DNA from: an uncultured archaeon
GTDB taxonomy: Archaea > Altiarchaeota > Altiarchaeia > IMC4 > QMZM01
Assembly (NCBI GenBank): GCA_964549685.1
Contig: CAZJVE010000007.1
Location: 1-57,403, forward strand
Reading direction: 5' to 3'
DNA length: 57,403 bases
Each line of letters starts with the position of its first letter. Within the stretch, counting starts at the first letter, position 1. The notes below the pieces were generated by a model, which saw nothing but the letters and a program-made list of their open reading frames with translations, did not search any database and had not been told where the DNA came from. Below are positions 30,291-39,315 of this stretch, in pieces. The position numbers and the translations under genes were made by a program.

Positions 30291-31235
30291 TTCAAGAAGG
30301 GCCCTTACAGGGCTTATATCTACTTCCTCCACTGAAAGCTCTACCCTCTTTGCAGCCTCCCTGGCAAGAAAAGCTCCCGAGCCACAGACGAATGCATTAT
30401 CAATTCCTTCCCTTTTTGAAATATTTGAAATAGAATCTGAAATTTTTCCAATCTGCCTTTCCTTTATGAATTCTGCAATCTTCTCAATCTGCTCCTCACC
30501 CAATTCATTCGTGTCGGAGCAGACAACCCTTGCAATCCTGCTCCTGCAGTCTTCAATACCCCTGCCTTTCCCGTCAGGGGTTTCACAGGCATATCCCTCT
30601 TCAGGAATATCGCCGAGGATTCTGTAGACATCAGCAGCAATTGCAAAGCGCTCCGATGACACCGGAGTTGGAATTCCCCCCATTGAAATTTCATCAACGA
30701 TAGCGGCAACGTTTGTCCTTAAAATTCCAGAATAGATTAATTCGTGATTTTGTAATCTTTCCAAATCGCTTTTACCTTTTGCAACAATCCCCCCATCCTT
30801 TACGGGAATTACATCGGTTGTTGTACTACCAATATCAATCAGAATTCCTGTTTTGAATTTCTTTGCTATCCGGAGAGAGGTTGCCACCCAATTCGCTGAT
30901 GCCACTTTATATGGGTTGGAGGATGCTTCCTCGATGGACAGGAGCTTTCCATCTACCGACAGGGCCTCAGAGTTAGGCACTACATTCCCCACACAACCAA
31001 GAATATGCTTCACTCCCTCGTCCTTCGTCCTGTAGCAGTCCGCCAGCTCGGCGGTCATCGTCACCCTGACTTTATCGGCAGGGAGGAATTCCCCAACATG
31101 CTCCCTAAGAAAATTCTCAAAATCATTTTTCTTTTTCCAAAACGGAAAATAATGTGAGAATTCCCTCACCCCTTTATTGTCAGCAACTGCGACCTTGAGG
31201 TTTGCACCCCCGATGTCCAGAGCGAGAATTTTCAT
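30285..31235 (-). CDS. mfnF: Hydantoinase A-like methanofuran biosynthesis protein MfnF
   Basis: 'DIGGANLK', 'TMTAELAD', 'ASANW', 'DIGSTTTD', 'GILRT', 'TPDG'; adjacent to mfnD. Confidence 0.82.
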   Translation of the reverse strand: MKILALDIGGANLKVAVADNKGVREFSHYFPFWKKKNDFENFLREHVGEFLPADKVRVTMTAELADCYRTKDEGVKHILGCVGNVVPNSEALSVDGKLLSIEEASSNPYKVASANWVATSLRIAKKFKTGILIDIGSTTTDVIPVKDGGIVAKGKSDLERLQNHELIYSGILRTNVAAIVDEISMGGIPTPVSSERFAIAADVYRILGDIPEEGYACETPDGKGRGIEDCRSRIARVVCSDTNELGEEQIEKIAEFIKERQIGKISDSISNISKREGIDNAFVCGSGAFLAREAAKRVELSVEEVDISPVRALLEL

Positions 31236-32179
31236 TTTGCTTCTTCGAACCTCAATCCTTTGAGCCCCTTTTTGAATCGAATCCTCTTCTCGAATTCCGG
31301 CTGCTCAGGCAGCTCCCCTAAAAAACTCCCAAGCGCAGCCTCTCCAACATTGAGCCCGGACGCGAGCTCAAGGGCAACCATCGACGTAGTAACGCGAGGA
31401 TTTATCTCGATGACAAAGGGCTTTTCAGCCAGGACAAGGTCAACTCCTATGCAGCCCTTTAACCCCGCCATTGATTCTGTTGCCTTCTTTGCAGTCTCAA
31501 GCGCCGCCTCCCCGAGGCTGTGCTCGAAGGGAACCTCCCCCCCAAGATAGGTTCCTCTCCCCCCCTTAAATTCAATATCCTGTTTGTTAAGCGATACTGG
31601 AACCGCACTTTCACCATTCGAGAATAATGTAACGCTTACATCCTCCCCATGAATAAATTCTTGTAAAATTATATTAGAATCAACAGGAATCTCATCCCCA
31701 CTATTAACAATCCTAAGACCCTTGCACGCCACGCCGTATCTATCCTTGACTATTACTGGGAATTCCGCCTCGTCTGCACTAGCTATTTTTGGAGTCTTAA
31801 TCCCACCCTCTTTCAATCGGCGGCAGGCCTCCAGTTTGTCAGCAGCTATCCTGATGGCTTCGGCATCAGAGGAGATGCATCTAATTCCCTCAGAGCCCAG
31901 GCCCTCCACTAGGCTGGCAAGCTCAGCATCCGGAGCGATAGGAAATACGTAATCGGCATCCAGTTTTTTTGCAACCTCACTAACATCGCCGCCGGGAACA
32001 ATCTCAGAACCTATCTCCCCCATAGCCCTGCCATCATCACCAAGCATCGTGAAGACCTCATTTCCAGCCCGTTGCAGGCCTTCGGAAATCAGCTTGAGCA
32101 TCGAAAAGCCCTCGGCAAGAATCCCATCACTATGCTTCATAAAACCGCTGGAGGCAAATTCAACAGCAAGAATTCTCAT
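31232..32179 (-). CDS. mfnD: ATP-grasp tyramine--L-glutamate ligase MfnD-like
   Basis: 'EF...EGFSML', 'SLNKQ', 'YLGGEVP', 'GVDLV', 'EINPRVTTS'. Confidence 0.8.
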   Translation of the reverse strand: MRILAVEFASSGFMKHSDGILAEGFSMLKLISEGLQRAGNEVFTMLGDDGRAMGEIGSEIVPGGDVSEVAKKLDADYVFPIAPDAELASLVEGLGSEGIRCISSDAEAIRIAADKLEACRRLKEGGIKTPKIASADEAEFPVIVKDRYGVACKGLRIVNSGDEIPVDSNIILQEFIHGEDVSVTLFSNGESAVPVSLNKQDIEFKGGRGTYLGGEVPFEHSLGEAALETAKKATESMAGLKGCIGVDLVLAEKPFVIEINPRVTTSMVALELASGLNVGEAALGSFLGELPEQPEFEKRIRFKKGLKGLRFEEAK

Positions 32180-32186
32180 TTCAGGA

Positions 32187-32615
32187 TTACTCTTTCTCAC
32201 CTGGTTTATTTATATACCTCAGAACCACCCGGTATCTCATAAACAGCCCGGCAGCAAAGAGAACGGCAAACGCGGTCTTCAACAGCCCATAAAGCTTTAT
32301 GTTATTTATGAGGCCAAAGGTAAGGCCCACCTCAGATAGGGCATACAGAATAAATCCAATACCAATGAGCCTCCATGATAGAATTATGGTGTCCATGTTC
32401 AGGAAATGGGCCGACTTGAGAATCTTATGGTATTTCTCGTCCGTCAGAATGATAATTATTGCAAGCACAAAGAGTGAGCAGATCAGAATGAGGACCGTAT
32501 TCATAAATTCGACAACCTTCAGGGAGTCATAATCCAAATCTGCAGATGCAAGATTTGGTAGTATCGCAATCAGAATTACGAAACATTTGGACAGTGTGTT
32601 AACCCTTCCCATCAT
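32187..32615 (-). CDS. Hypothetical membrane protein (signal-like helix plus 3 TM)
   Basis: Hydrophobic segments; ATGA overlap with the Lrp gene. Confidence 0.7.
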   Translation of the reverse strand: MMGRVNTLSKCFVILIAILPNLASADLDYDSLKVVEFMNTVLILICSLFVLAIIIILTDEKYHKILKSAHFLNMDTIILSWRLIGIGFILYALSEVGLTFGLINNIKLYGLLKTAFAVLFAAGLFMRYRVVLRYINKPGEKE

Positions 32616-33082
32616 TTGTCAACATAGTATTCAAGGCTTTTGAGCGTTTGCCCGGGGATGGAGCTCTCGAACTTAACTACATCATGTACTGGGAAGACAT
32701 CCATCTCGAAGCCATTCAGTTTCGTAAGGAAATTTTCCCAGCTCTGGTGTCCGTCCCCCGGAATTACTACCTTTGCTATGACCTTTCCATCGAATGTTCT
32801 GAAGACCTTTCTGACCTCATCAAAGTCCGAAAGGCTGCTGGCAACGTCCTTGGATTTGGAGGGCGGGCTGTTGACGAAGACGAAACCAAGCTGAAGTCCC
32901 AAATCCTGGGGATGCAGTATAGCGGAAAAATTCTTTATTACGCCTCTTTTGACAAGCCTCTCAGCGCGCGTAAAAACAGTCGTGTGGGGAATGTTCAGCT
33001 TCCTTCCGAGTTCCCTAAAACTGAGCCTGGCGTCATCCTGCAGATGTTTGATTATCTCAAGATCAAGATTGTCTATTTTCAT
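32612..33082 (-). CDS. Lrp/AsnC-family transcriptional regulator
   Basis: 'DLEIIKHLQDDARLSFRELGRKL...TVFTRAERL...GVI' HTH plus RAM-like domain. Confidence 0.92.
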   Translation of the reverse strand: MKIDNLDLEIIKHLQDDARLSFRELGRKLNIPHTTVFTRAERLVKRGVIKNFSAILHPQDLGLQLGFVFVNSPPSKSKDVASSLSDFDEVRKVFRTFDGKVIAKVVIPGDGHQSWENFLTKLNGFEMDVFPVHDVVKFESSIPGQTLKSLEYYVDK

Positions 33083-33092
33083 TTTGCGATAT

Positions 33093-33112
33093 ATTTTATA
33101 AAATCTACGTAG
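33093..33112. promoter_or_regulatory. Adjacent palindromes in divergent promoter (candidate bidirectional TATA/operator)
   Basis: ATTTTATAAAAT (33093-33104) and CTACGTAG (33105-33112). Confidence 0.4.
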
Positions 33113-33142
33113 TTAAATATTAGCTGGAATAATATATAAAAA

Positions 33143-33850
33143 GTGATACGTGATTCGGAATACCTGGAAAGGATAATTCCTGTCATAGATATAAGGGGAG
33201 GCGTTGCCGTTGGAGCGAAGGGCGGCAACAGGAATGAGTACATGCCCCTCGAAAGCGTTATCTCCGATTCTCCCGACCCGGTCGAGATTGCAAAATCCTA
33301 TGAGAAGAACGGCTTCCGGGAGATATACATTGCCGACCTTGACGGCATCATTGACGATAATCCCAACATAGACATCCTGAAGGAGATAACCTACAAGACC
33401 ACAATCAGGGCGATGGTGGACATAGGTATCTGGGATGCCGAAAGGCTGAGGACCCTTTCGAGGCTTAAGCCCATAATAGCCACCGAGACCTTCACGTCAC
33501 TGAATCTCCTGGAGATTCCCGGTGAATTCGTCCTGAGCATTGACACCCGAGATGGTAAACTAATATGTGAGATGAACATGGACCTTGACAGGTTCATCGA
33601 CATTGTAATCAGGGACAGCGGAAGAATTAATGAGATAATTCTCCTCGACCTGGCGAGGGTCGGCATGTCCGGGGGCCCCAACCTTGAGCTATGCAGACAC
33701 GTCCTTGAGAGAATTCCCAACAAGAAGATTATCTACGGTGGGGGCGTCAGGAACCTGTCTGACATAGGCTCCCTGTTCCAGATTGGAACCTCAAGGGTTC
33801 TCGTGGGCAGGCTAATCCATGAGGGCGGAATTTTTAAGCCTTCATGCTAA
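33143..33850 (+). CDS. HisA/HisF-related TIM barrel (C1-pathway-associated type)
   Basis: 'IIPVIDIRGGVAV..KGGNRNEY.PL', 'YIADLD', 'LDLARVG', 'GGGVR'. Confidence 0.85.
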   Translation: MIRDSEYLERIIPVIDIRGGVAVGAKGGNRNEYMPLESVISDSPDPVEIAKSYEKNGFREIYIADLDGIIDDNPNIDILKEITYKTTIRAMVDIGIWDAERLRTLSRLKPIIATETFTSLNLLEIPGEFVLSIDTRDGKLICEMNMDLDRFIDIVIRDSGRINEIILLDLARVGMSGGPNLELCRHVLERIPNKKIIYGGGVRNLSDIGSLFQIGTSRVLVGRLIHEGGIFKPSC

Positions 33851-33860
33851 TTATCCTCCT

Positions 33861-34973
33861 ATGGAGAAGGACCAGATACTCAAAAAGCTTAGAGACCTAA
33901 GGGAGAAAGACCCGAAATTCTCCGACGGCAGGATTATATCCTCGGTATCAACAGAGCCGCTGGATTTTGCTGTTGAGGCATTTAGCATATTCTCAGACAC
34001 CAATGCCCTTGACGTAAATATCTTTCCAGAGGTACAGAAACTCGAAAGGGAAGTAATAGACTGGTTTGGAACCGCCTTGAAGAACCCGGAGATAGACGGG
34101 TATATAACCACCGGCGGGACAGAGGCAAATGTCGCAGCACTCTTCGTTGCAAAGAAGATGAATCCCGACAGGAAGGAGATTCTCGTTCCTGAATCAGCCC
34201 ACTACTCAATAAAAAGAGCAGCCGAGCTCATGGACCTGAAAATCAAATGGGTAAAGCTCGATGAGAATTTCAGGGCCGATATAACAGACCTCGAATCAAA
34301 GATTAGCGAAAAGACACTCGCAGTCGTTGCAACAGCTGGCACATCCTCCATGGGCGTCGTCGACCCCATAGAGGAGATAAATTCCCTTTGCGATGACATA
34401 TTCCTTCATGTGGATGCAGCCTTCGGCGGCTTTGTCCTCCCATTCATGGAAAACGCTCCATGCATCGATTTCTCTCTCAAAAATGTTGACTCCATAACCA
34501 TCGACCCCCACAAGATGGGCATGAATCTTATTCCATCAGGCTCGATACTCTTCAGGGACAAATCATATCTCGAGAGGATTAGGGTATCTCCCCCATATCT
34601 CTCGTTCAGCACCAGCACCATATCCGGCTCCAGGTCTGGGGGAGCAATAGCTTCTGTATGGGCCACAATAAACTATCTTGGTTTTGACGGCTACAGGAAT
34701 ATAGTCAGGAAGTGCCTGAACAATACCGAATTCCTCTGCAACGAGATAGGGAAAATCGACGGTGTTGAGATTGTCAGGAAGCCGGACATCAATGTCGTTG
34801 GAATAAGGATAAAGGACATGGAGCATGTCTCAGCAGAATTGATAAATAGGGGCTGGGACATCATGCCCGACCTGAAATCAGGAAGCGCCCGGGTCGTTGT
34901 CATGCCTCATGTAACGGAAACGGTAATAAAGAACCTGGCCAGTGACCTCAGGGATATTCTCGCAACTACTTAA
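33861..34973 (+). CDS. mfnA: L-tyrosine/L-aspartate decarboxylase MfnA
   Basis: 'TGGTEAN', 'HVDAAFGG', PLP lysine in 'DPHKMG', 'RVVVMPH'; start at ATG 33861. Confidence 0.9.
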   Translation: MEKDQILKKLRDLREKDPKFSDGRIISSVSTEPLDFAVEAFSIFSDTNALDVNIFPEVQKLEREVIDWFGTALKNPEIDGYITTGGTEANVAALFVAKKMNPDRKEILVPESAHYSIKRAAELMDLKIKWVKLDENFRADITDLESKISEKTLAVVATAGTSSMGVVDPIEEINSLCDDIFLHVDAAFGGFVLPFMENAPCIDFSLKNVDSITIDPHKMGMNLIPSGSILFRDKSYLERIRVSPPYLSFSTSTISGSRSGGAIASVWATINYLGFDGYRNIVRKCLNNTEFLCNEIGKIDGVEIVRKPDINVVGIRIKDMEHVSAELINRGWDIMPDLKSGSARVVVMPHVTETVIKNLASDLRDILATT

Positions 34974-35592
34974 TCTTATAGTGAAGAATTATATGGTCGC
35001 CGTACTGGATTATTCCCTCGACCTTCAGGCCAATCTCCTCCTCCAGCTTCTTGTTAAAGAAGGACTCGCCACCGCCCATGATTGCGGGGCAGAGGTTGAC
35101 GTACATCTCATTGACAAAGCCCTCCTTGAACATCCTTCTCGGCAAATCGCCGCTGCCCTCGACCAGTATCCTCTCAATTCCCTTGTCGTTTAACTCGCGC
35201 AGCAGCTCCTTCAGGTTTACGACGTACTTACCGCACCTCATTATATTGACGTTCTCCTTCCGTCCAAGGGTCTTGACCTTTGACTCGCTCGCATCTCCGG
35301 AAGCAACGACTATGACCTTCTCATAACCAAGAATCTTGGCATCATGTTTTATATCACATTTGCTGTCTATGACAATCCTCCAGGGCTCCTCCTCGCTCAG
35401 CTCATGCGCCTCAAGAAGCGGGTCGAATTTCCTCACAGCCTCGACATCAACCATTATCGCATCCACAGAACCCCTCAGCCTGCTTATCCTGTACTTCTCC
35501 TGCCTGTTTGCAAAGAACTCCTCCCTACCCTCTATTCTCCCATCAAGGCTTGCCGCAGTGTTGAATATAACGTGACTCTTTTGTTTTGCCAT
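34966..35592 (-). CDS. RibD C-terminal/DHFR-fold reductase (divergent)
   Basis: 'ASLDGRI', 'DAIMV', 'RIVIDS', 'ILVEGSG'. Confidence 0.85.
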   Translation of the reverse strand: MAKQKSHVIFNTAASLDGRIEGREEFFANRQEKYRISRLRGSVDAIMVDVEAVRKFDPLLEAHELSEEEPWRIVIDSKCDIKHDAKILGYEKVIVVASGDASESKVKTLGRKENVNIMRCGKYVVNLKELLRELNDKGIERILVEGSGDLPRRMFKEGFVNEMYVNLCPAIMGGGESFFNKKLEEEIGLKVEGIIQYGDHIILHYKIK

Positions 35593-35639
35593 TTTTCCCA
35601 GCTAGGTTAATATATAATCATCAATAAAAATAACCAAAG

Positions 35640-37301
35640 ATGAATCTTCAGGAGATAATAAGGAAGCACGCCATGAGCAATAGGGTTCAGTATGGGAAGG
35701 CGAACGGCAAGGCGGTTCTTGGCAAAGTACTGGCCGAATTCCCTGAGGCGAAGAAGGACATGAAGGGCCTGATAGCCGAGGTGAAGTCCATAATAAAGGA
35801 CGTGAATTCAATGCCCTTCGAGGAGCTGAGGGGTCTTGAAATCGAGAAGACTCAGTCCTACAAGAAATCTGGAATAGCCCTGCCCGGAAGCCCCTCTAAG
35901 GTCAGGACGAGGTTTGCCCCAAATCCCAACGGTCCTGCGACAATAGGCAGCGGGAGGGGCATTGTTGTGAATGCCGAGCTGGCAAGGAAGCATAAGGGGG
36001 AGTTCATCGTCAGGTTCGATGACACGGACCCAAAGACCAAGAAGCCCTTGCCCGAGGCATATGACTGGTATCTTGAGGACTGCGAGTGGCTGGATTCCAA
36101 ACCGGACGAGGTCTATTATGCATCTGAGAGAATTGAAAAATACTACGAATTCGCCGAAAAACTCATAAAGATGGAGAAGGCCTACGTCTGCTTTTGCTCC
36201 CAGGAGGAATTCAAAAAACTGAAGGACGAGAAGGGGGAGTGCCCCCACCGGGGAACCTCATCCAAGAAGAACCTGAAGCTCTGGAAGGACATGCTGAAAG
36301 GAAAATACAAGGACGGCGAATCCGTGCTGAGGATAAAGACAGACATCGAGCATAAGGACCCTGCACTAAGGGACTGGGTTGCTTTCAGAATCATAAAAGA
36401 GGAGCACCCCCGCACTGGCAAAAAGCATATTATATGGCCGATGCTCGACTTTGAATCAGCAATAGAAGACCATATACTCTCAGTAACCCATATCGTCAGG
36501 GGCAAGGACCTCATGGACTCTGAGAGGAGGCAGAGATTCATCTATGAATACCTGGACTGGGACTACCCAGTAACGCTGCACTGGGGCAGGGTAAAGGTGG
36601 AGGAATTCGGAAGGCTGAGCACATCTGAGATAAGGAAGGGTATAGAGGACGGAAAATACACCGGCTGGGACGACCCCGCCTTACCGACACTGAGGGCACT
36701 GAGGAGGAGAGGAATATCCCCGGAAGCCATAAGGAAATTTATCCTCGCTCTTGGAATAAACGAGAACGACATCTCCATAAGCATGGAGAACCTTTTTGCA
36801 GAGAACAGAAAGATTATGGATCCAGAAGCGAACAGGTACTTCTTTGTTCCAGGTCCTGTAAAAATGATAGTCAGGGGCGTGCCCCGGGCAAAAGTAAAGA
36901 TACCCCTCCACCCAAGCTTCAGGGAGAGGGGCTACAGGGAATACGTGCTGAAGCCAGATAAGGGGGCCATAAGCCTTTCCATACCTGAGGAAGACGCCAA
37001 GAACTTCAAAGAGGGGGATGAAATAAGGCTCATGAACCTCTTCAATGTGAAAATCCGGAAGAAAGGGAAGGGAATCATCGCGGAATATCTCCCAGAGAAG
37101 AACCTCAACGTCCCCAAAATCCAGTGGCTCAAGGATTCAATCCCTGCGGAGATTCTCCTCCCCGGAGGAAGCCTCAAGGGAATCTGTGAGACATCCTGCA
37201 AGGATATAAAATTGAATGATATAATTCAATTTGAACGTATAGGATTCTGTCACCTCGAGAATAAAAACGATAGGCTGGTTTTCTGTTTCGGGCACAGATA
37301 G
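35640..37301 (+). CDS. gltX: Glutamate-tRNA ligase (archaeal type)
   Basis: 'RFAPNPNG', 'RFDDTDP', 'RGKD', 'GWDDP', 'QFERIGF'. Confidence 0.97.
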   Translation: MNLQEIIRKHAMSNRVQYGKANGKAVLGKVLAEFPEAKKDMKGLIAEVKSIIKDVNSMPFEELRGLEIEKTQSYKKSGIALPGSPSKVRTRFAPNPNGPATIGSGRGIVVNAELARKHKGEFIVRFDDTDPKTKKPLPEAYDWYLEDCEWLDSKPDEVYYASERIEKYYEFAEKLIKMEKAYVCFCSQEEFKKLKDEKGECPHRGTSSKKNLKLWKDMLKGKYKDGESVLRIKTDIEHKDPALRDWVAFRIIKEEHPRTGKKHIIWPMLDFESAIEDHILSVTHIVRGKDLMDSERRQRFIYEYLDWDYPVTLHWGRVKVEEFGRLSTSEIRKGIEDGKYTGWDDPALPTLRALRRRGISPEAIRKFILALGINENDISISMENLFAENRKIMDPEANRYFFVPGPVKMIVRGVPRAKVKIPLHPSFRERGYREYVLKPDKGAISLSIPEEDAKNFKEGDEIRLMNLFNVKIRKKGKGIIAEYLPEKNLNVPKIQWLKDSIPAEILLPGGSLKGICETSCKDIKLNDIIQFERIGFCHLENKNDRLVFCFGHR

Positions 37302-37347
37302 CTATTTATTAATCCTAGATACTATATCTTAAATTCTAAACGTTAGA

Positions 37348-37376
37348 CCAATGAGGATTCGCTGGAATCCGGAGGG
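37348..37376 (+). promoter_or_regulatory. Candidate K-turn hairpin overlapping the Shine-Dalgarno of rpl7ae
   Basis: CC-AAT-GA-GGATTC-gctg-GAATCC-G-GA-GG; SD GGAGGG at 37371-37376. Confidence 0.5.
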
Positions 37377-37382
37377 ATGAAA

Positions 37383-37742
37383 ATGAGTTATGTAAAATTT
37401 GAGGCACCCAAGGAGGTTGTTGATAAGGCTCTGGAGGCCTTGGAAACCGCAAGAGACACAGGGAAGGTAAAGAAGGGCACAAACGAGGTAACGAAGGCAG
37501 TGGAGCGGGGAAAGGCAGCCCTTGTTCTTATCGGTAATGACATAACCCCCCCCGAGATAGTAATGCATTTGCCCATGATATGCGACGAAAAGAACATACC
37601 CTATCTCTATGCCCCCAAGGAGGACATAGGTGAGGCGGTCGGGATTCACGTATCTACCGCTGCAGGATGCATAGTCGAGGAGGGGAAGGCAAAGGATTTG
37701 GTTGCCGATGTTGCGGAGAAGCTGAAGGGAGCCAAGAAGTGA
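37383..37742 (+). CDS. rpl7ae: 50S ribosomal protein L7Ae (eL8)
   Basis: 'KKGTNEVTKAVERG', 'PPEIVMHLP'. Start 37383 is preferred on SD spacing (alternative 37377). Confidence 0.97.
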   Translation: MSYVKFEAPKEVVDKALEALETARDTGKVKKGTNEVTKAVERGKAALVLIGNDITPPEIVMHLPMICDEKNIPYLYAPKEDIGEAVGIHVSTAAGCIVEEGKAKDLVADVAEKLKGAKK

Positions 37743-37756
37743 TTCTGTAATTCAAA

Positions 37757-37948
37757 ATGGTTTCGGCCCAAGTTGTCAAGATAATCGGAAGGACCGGCAT
37801 ATACGGCGAGGTAATACAGGTAATGTGCAAGATAACGGATGGCGAAAGCAAGGGAAGAGTAATAAGGAGGAACGTCCGCTCGCCGGTAAGGGAGGGGGAC
37901 ATCCTCGACCTCAGGGACCCATCCAGAGAGGCAAAGCCGTTGAGATAA
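37757..37948 (+). CDS. rps28e: 30S ribosomal protein S28e
   Basis: 'IGRTG..GEVIQV', 'RNV..PVREGDIL'. Confidence 0.95.
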   Translation: MVSAQVVKIIGRTGIYGEVIQVMCKITDGESKGRVIRRNVRSPVREGDILDLRDPSREAKPLR

Positions 37949-37949
37949 A

Positions 37950-38465
37950 ATGAACTGCTCCTTTTGTGGCAATAAAATCGAACTTGGAACGGAAAAGATA
38001 TTCGTCAGTAAAAAGGGAAAGGCGTTTTACTTCTGCTCAAGCAAGTGTGAAAAGAACCTCCTGAAGCTCAAGAGAAAGCCCAGGAGGGTCAGATGGACGG
38101 CCGAGTACAGAAAGGAGAAGGCGATAAGGCTCAGGGGCATGGAAAAGCCTGCAGAGAAGAAAAAGGAGAAGCCGGCTGAGCACAAGGAGAAGCCAGAGAA
38201 AAAGGCCGAGGAAGAGAAGCACCCAAAGCACAAAGAGAAGCATGCTGAAGAGAAGGCCAAGGAAAAGAAGCATCCAAAGCACAAAGCAAAGCACAAGGAA
38301 AAGCACGCTGAAGAAAAACACAAAGAGAAGCCAGCAAAGCACAAAGAGAAGCATGCCGAAGAAAAGCACAAGGAGAAGTACGCCAAAAAACCCAAACCAA
38401 AGGAGAAAAAGACCGAGAAACCAAAGAAAGACAAAAAATCAAAATCAAAAAAGGATAAAAAATGA
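37950..38465 (+). CDS. rpl24e: 50S ribosomal protein L24e with long His/Lys/Glu-rich C-terminal extension
   Basis: 'CSFCG...FCSSKC...PRRVRWT' core followed by a low-complexity repeat tail of about 105 aa. Confidence 0.93.
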   Translation: MNCSFCGNKIELGTEKIFVSKKGKAFYFCSSKCEKNLLKLKRKPRRVRWTAEYRKEKAIRLRGMEKPAEKKKEKPAEHKEKPEKKAEEEKHPKHKEKHAEEKAKEKKHPKHKAKHKEKHAEEKHKEKPAKHKEKHAEEKHKEKYAKKPKPKEKKTEKPKKDKKSKSKKDKK

Positions 38466-38893
38466 AAACTCTACTCCTGATGAAACCGTGGGCCGTACAG
38501 AGAGGCCTGGTGGGGGAAATTCTGAGCAGATTCGAGAGAAGAGGCCTGAAGATAGCGGGCCTTAAGATTTTGGACGTGAGCAAGGAGCAGGCAGAGGAAC
38601 TCTATTCGATACACAAGGGCAAGGACTTCTATGACGACCTGATAGAACATATAACCTCATCTGCAATAGTCGCTACTGTTCTCGATACCGACGTTCTGGA
38701 GCCGGACGCTGCAGTAGCGCTCGTAAGGAAGATTATCGGAATCACCGACCCGGCAAAGGCCGAGATGGGCACCATAAGGGGCGACTTCGGCCTGAGGATT
38801 GACAGGAATGTTGTTCATGCCTCAGATTCGACGGAATCGGCAAAGAGGGAGATACCTATCTTTTTCAAGAAGGAGGAGTTAGTAACCTACTAG
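38462..38893 (+). CDS. ndk: Nucleoside-diphosphate kinase
   Basis: 'GTIRGDF', 'RNVVHASDS'. Confidence 0.95.
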   Translation: MKTLLLMKPWAVQRGLVGEILSRFERRGLKIAGLKILDVSKEQAEELYSIHKGKDFYDDLIEHITSSAIVATVLDTDVLEPDAAVALVRKIIGITDPAKAEMGTIRGDFGLRIDRNVVHASDSTESAKREIPIFFKKEELVTY

Positions 38894-38894
38894 A

Positions 38895-39314
38895 ATGGCA
38901 ACAGCATACGATGTTTCAGCTGAAGAGCTCATACCCAAGGCCGCGGAAGACCTCAAAAATAAGGTAAAGCTTGAGATGCCGGACTGGGCCTCTATGGTTA
39001 AGACCGGAGCTCACAGAGAGAGGATTCCTGAAAGCGAGGACTGGTGGTGGTTCAGGGCGGCCTCACTTCTAAGGAAGCTATATGTCAGGGGGCCGACCGG
39101 CGTTCAGAAACTGAGAACCCTCTACGGAGGAAGAAAGAACAAGGGTGTAAGGCCCGAGAAATTCTACCCTGCTGGGGGCAAAATAATCAGAGTAATCCTC
39201 AAGGAATTCGACGAGCTTGGATTCACGGAGAAGATAGATAAGGAAGGCAGAAAGATAACCCCCAAGGGGCAGGCCTATCTGGATAAGATAGCCACTGGAA
39301 TTCTAAAACAATAA
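38895..39314 (+). CDS. rps19e: 30S ribosomal protein S19e
   Basis: 'PDWA..VKTG..RE..P...DWW..RAAS.LRK', 'YGG'. Confidence 0.96.
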   Translation: MATAYDVSAEELIPKAAEDLKNKVKLEMPDWASMVKTGAHRERIPESEDWWWFRAASLLRKLYVRGPTGVQKLRTLYGGRKNKGVRPEKFYPAGGKIIRVILKEFDELGFTEKIDKEGRKITPKGQAYLDKIATGILKQ

Positions 39315-39315
39315 A

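Noticed and set aside
35900-35960. GluRS HIGH motif reads TIGS
   Set aside because: Comparable degenerate HIGH variants occur in archaeal GluRS, and all other motifs are intact.
38140-38460. Possible CRISPR-like periodic repeats
   Set aside because: These are in-frame coding repeats with synonymous variation and no spacers; no array was seen anywhere in the window.
38462-38510. Ndk 'KPW' instead of the usual 'KPD'
   Set aside because: A single substitution with the catalytic His motif intact; too little to claim a changed function.
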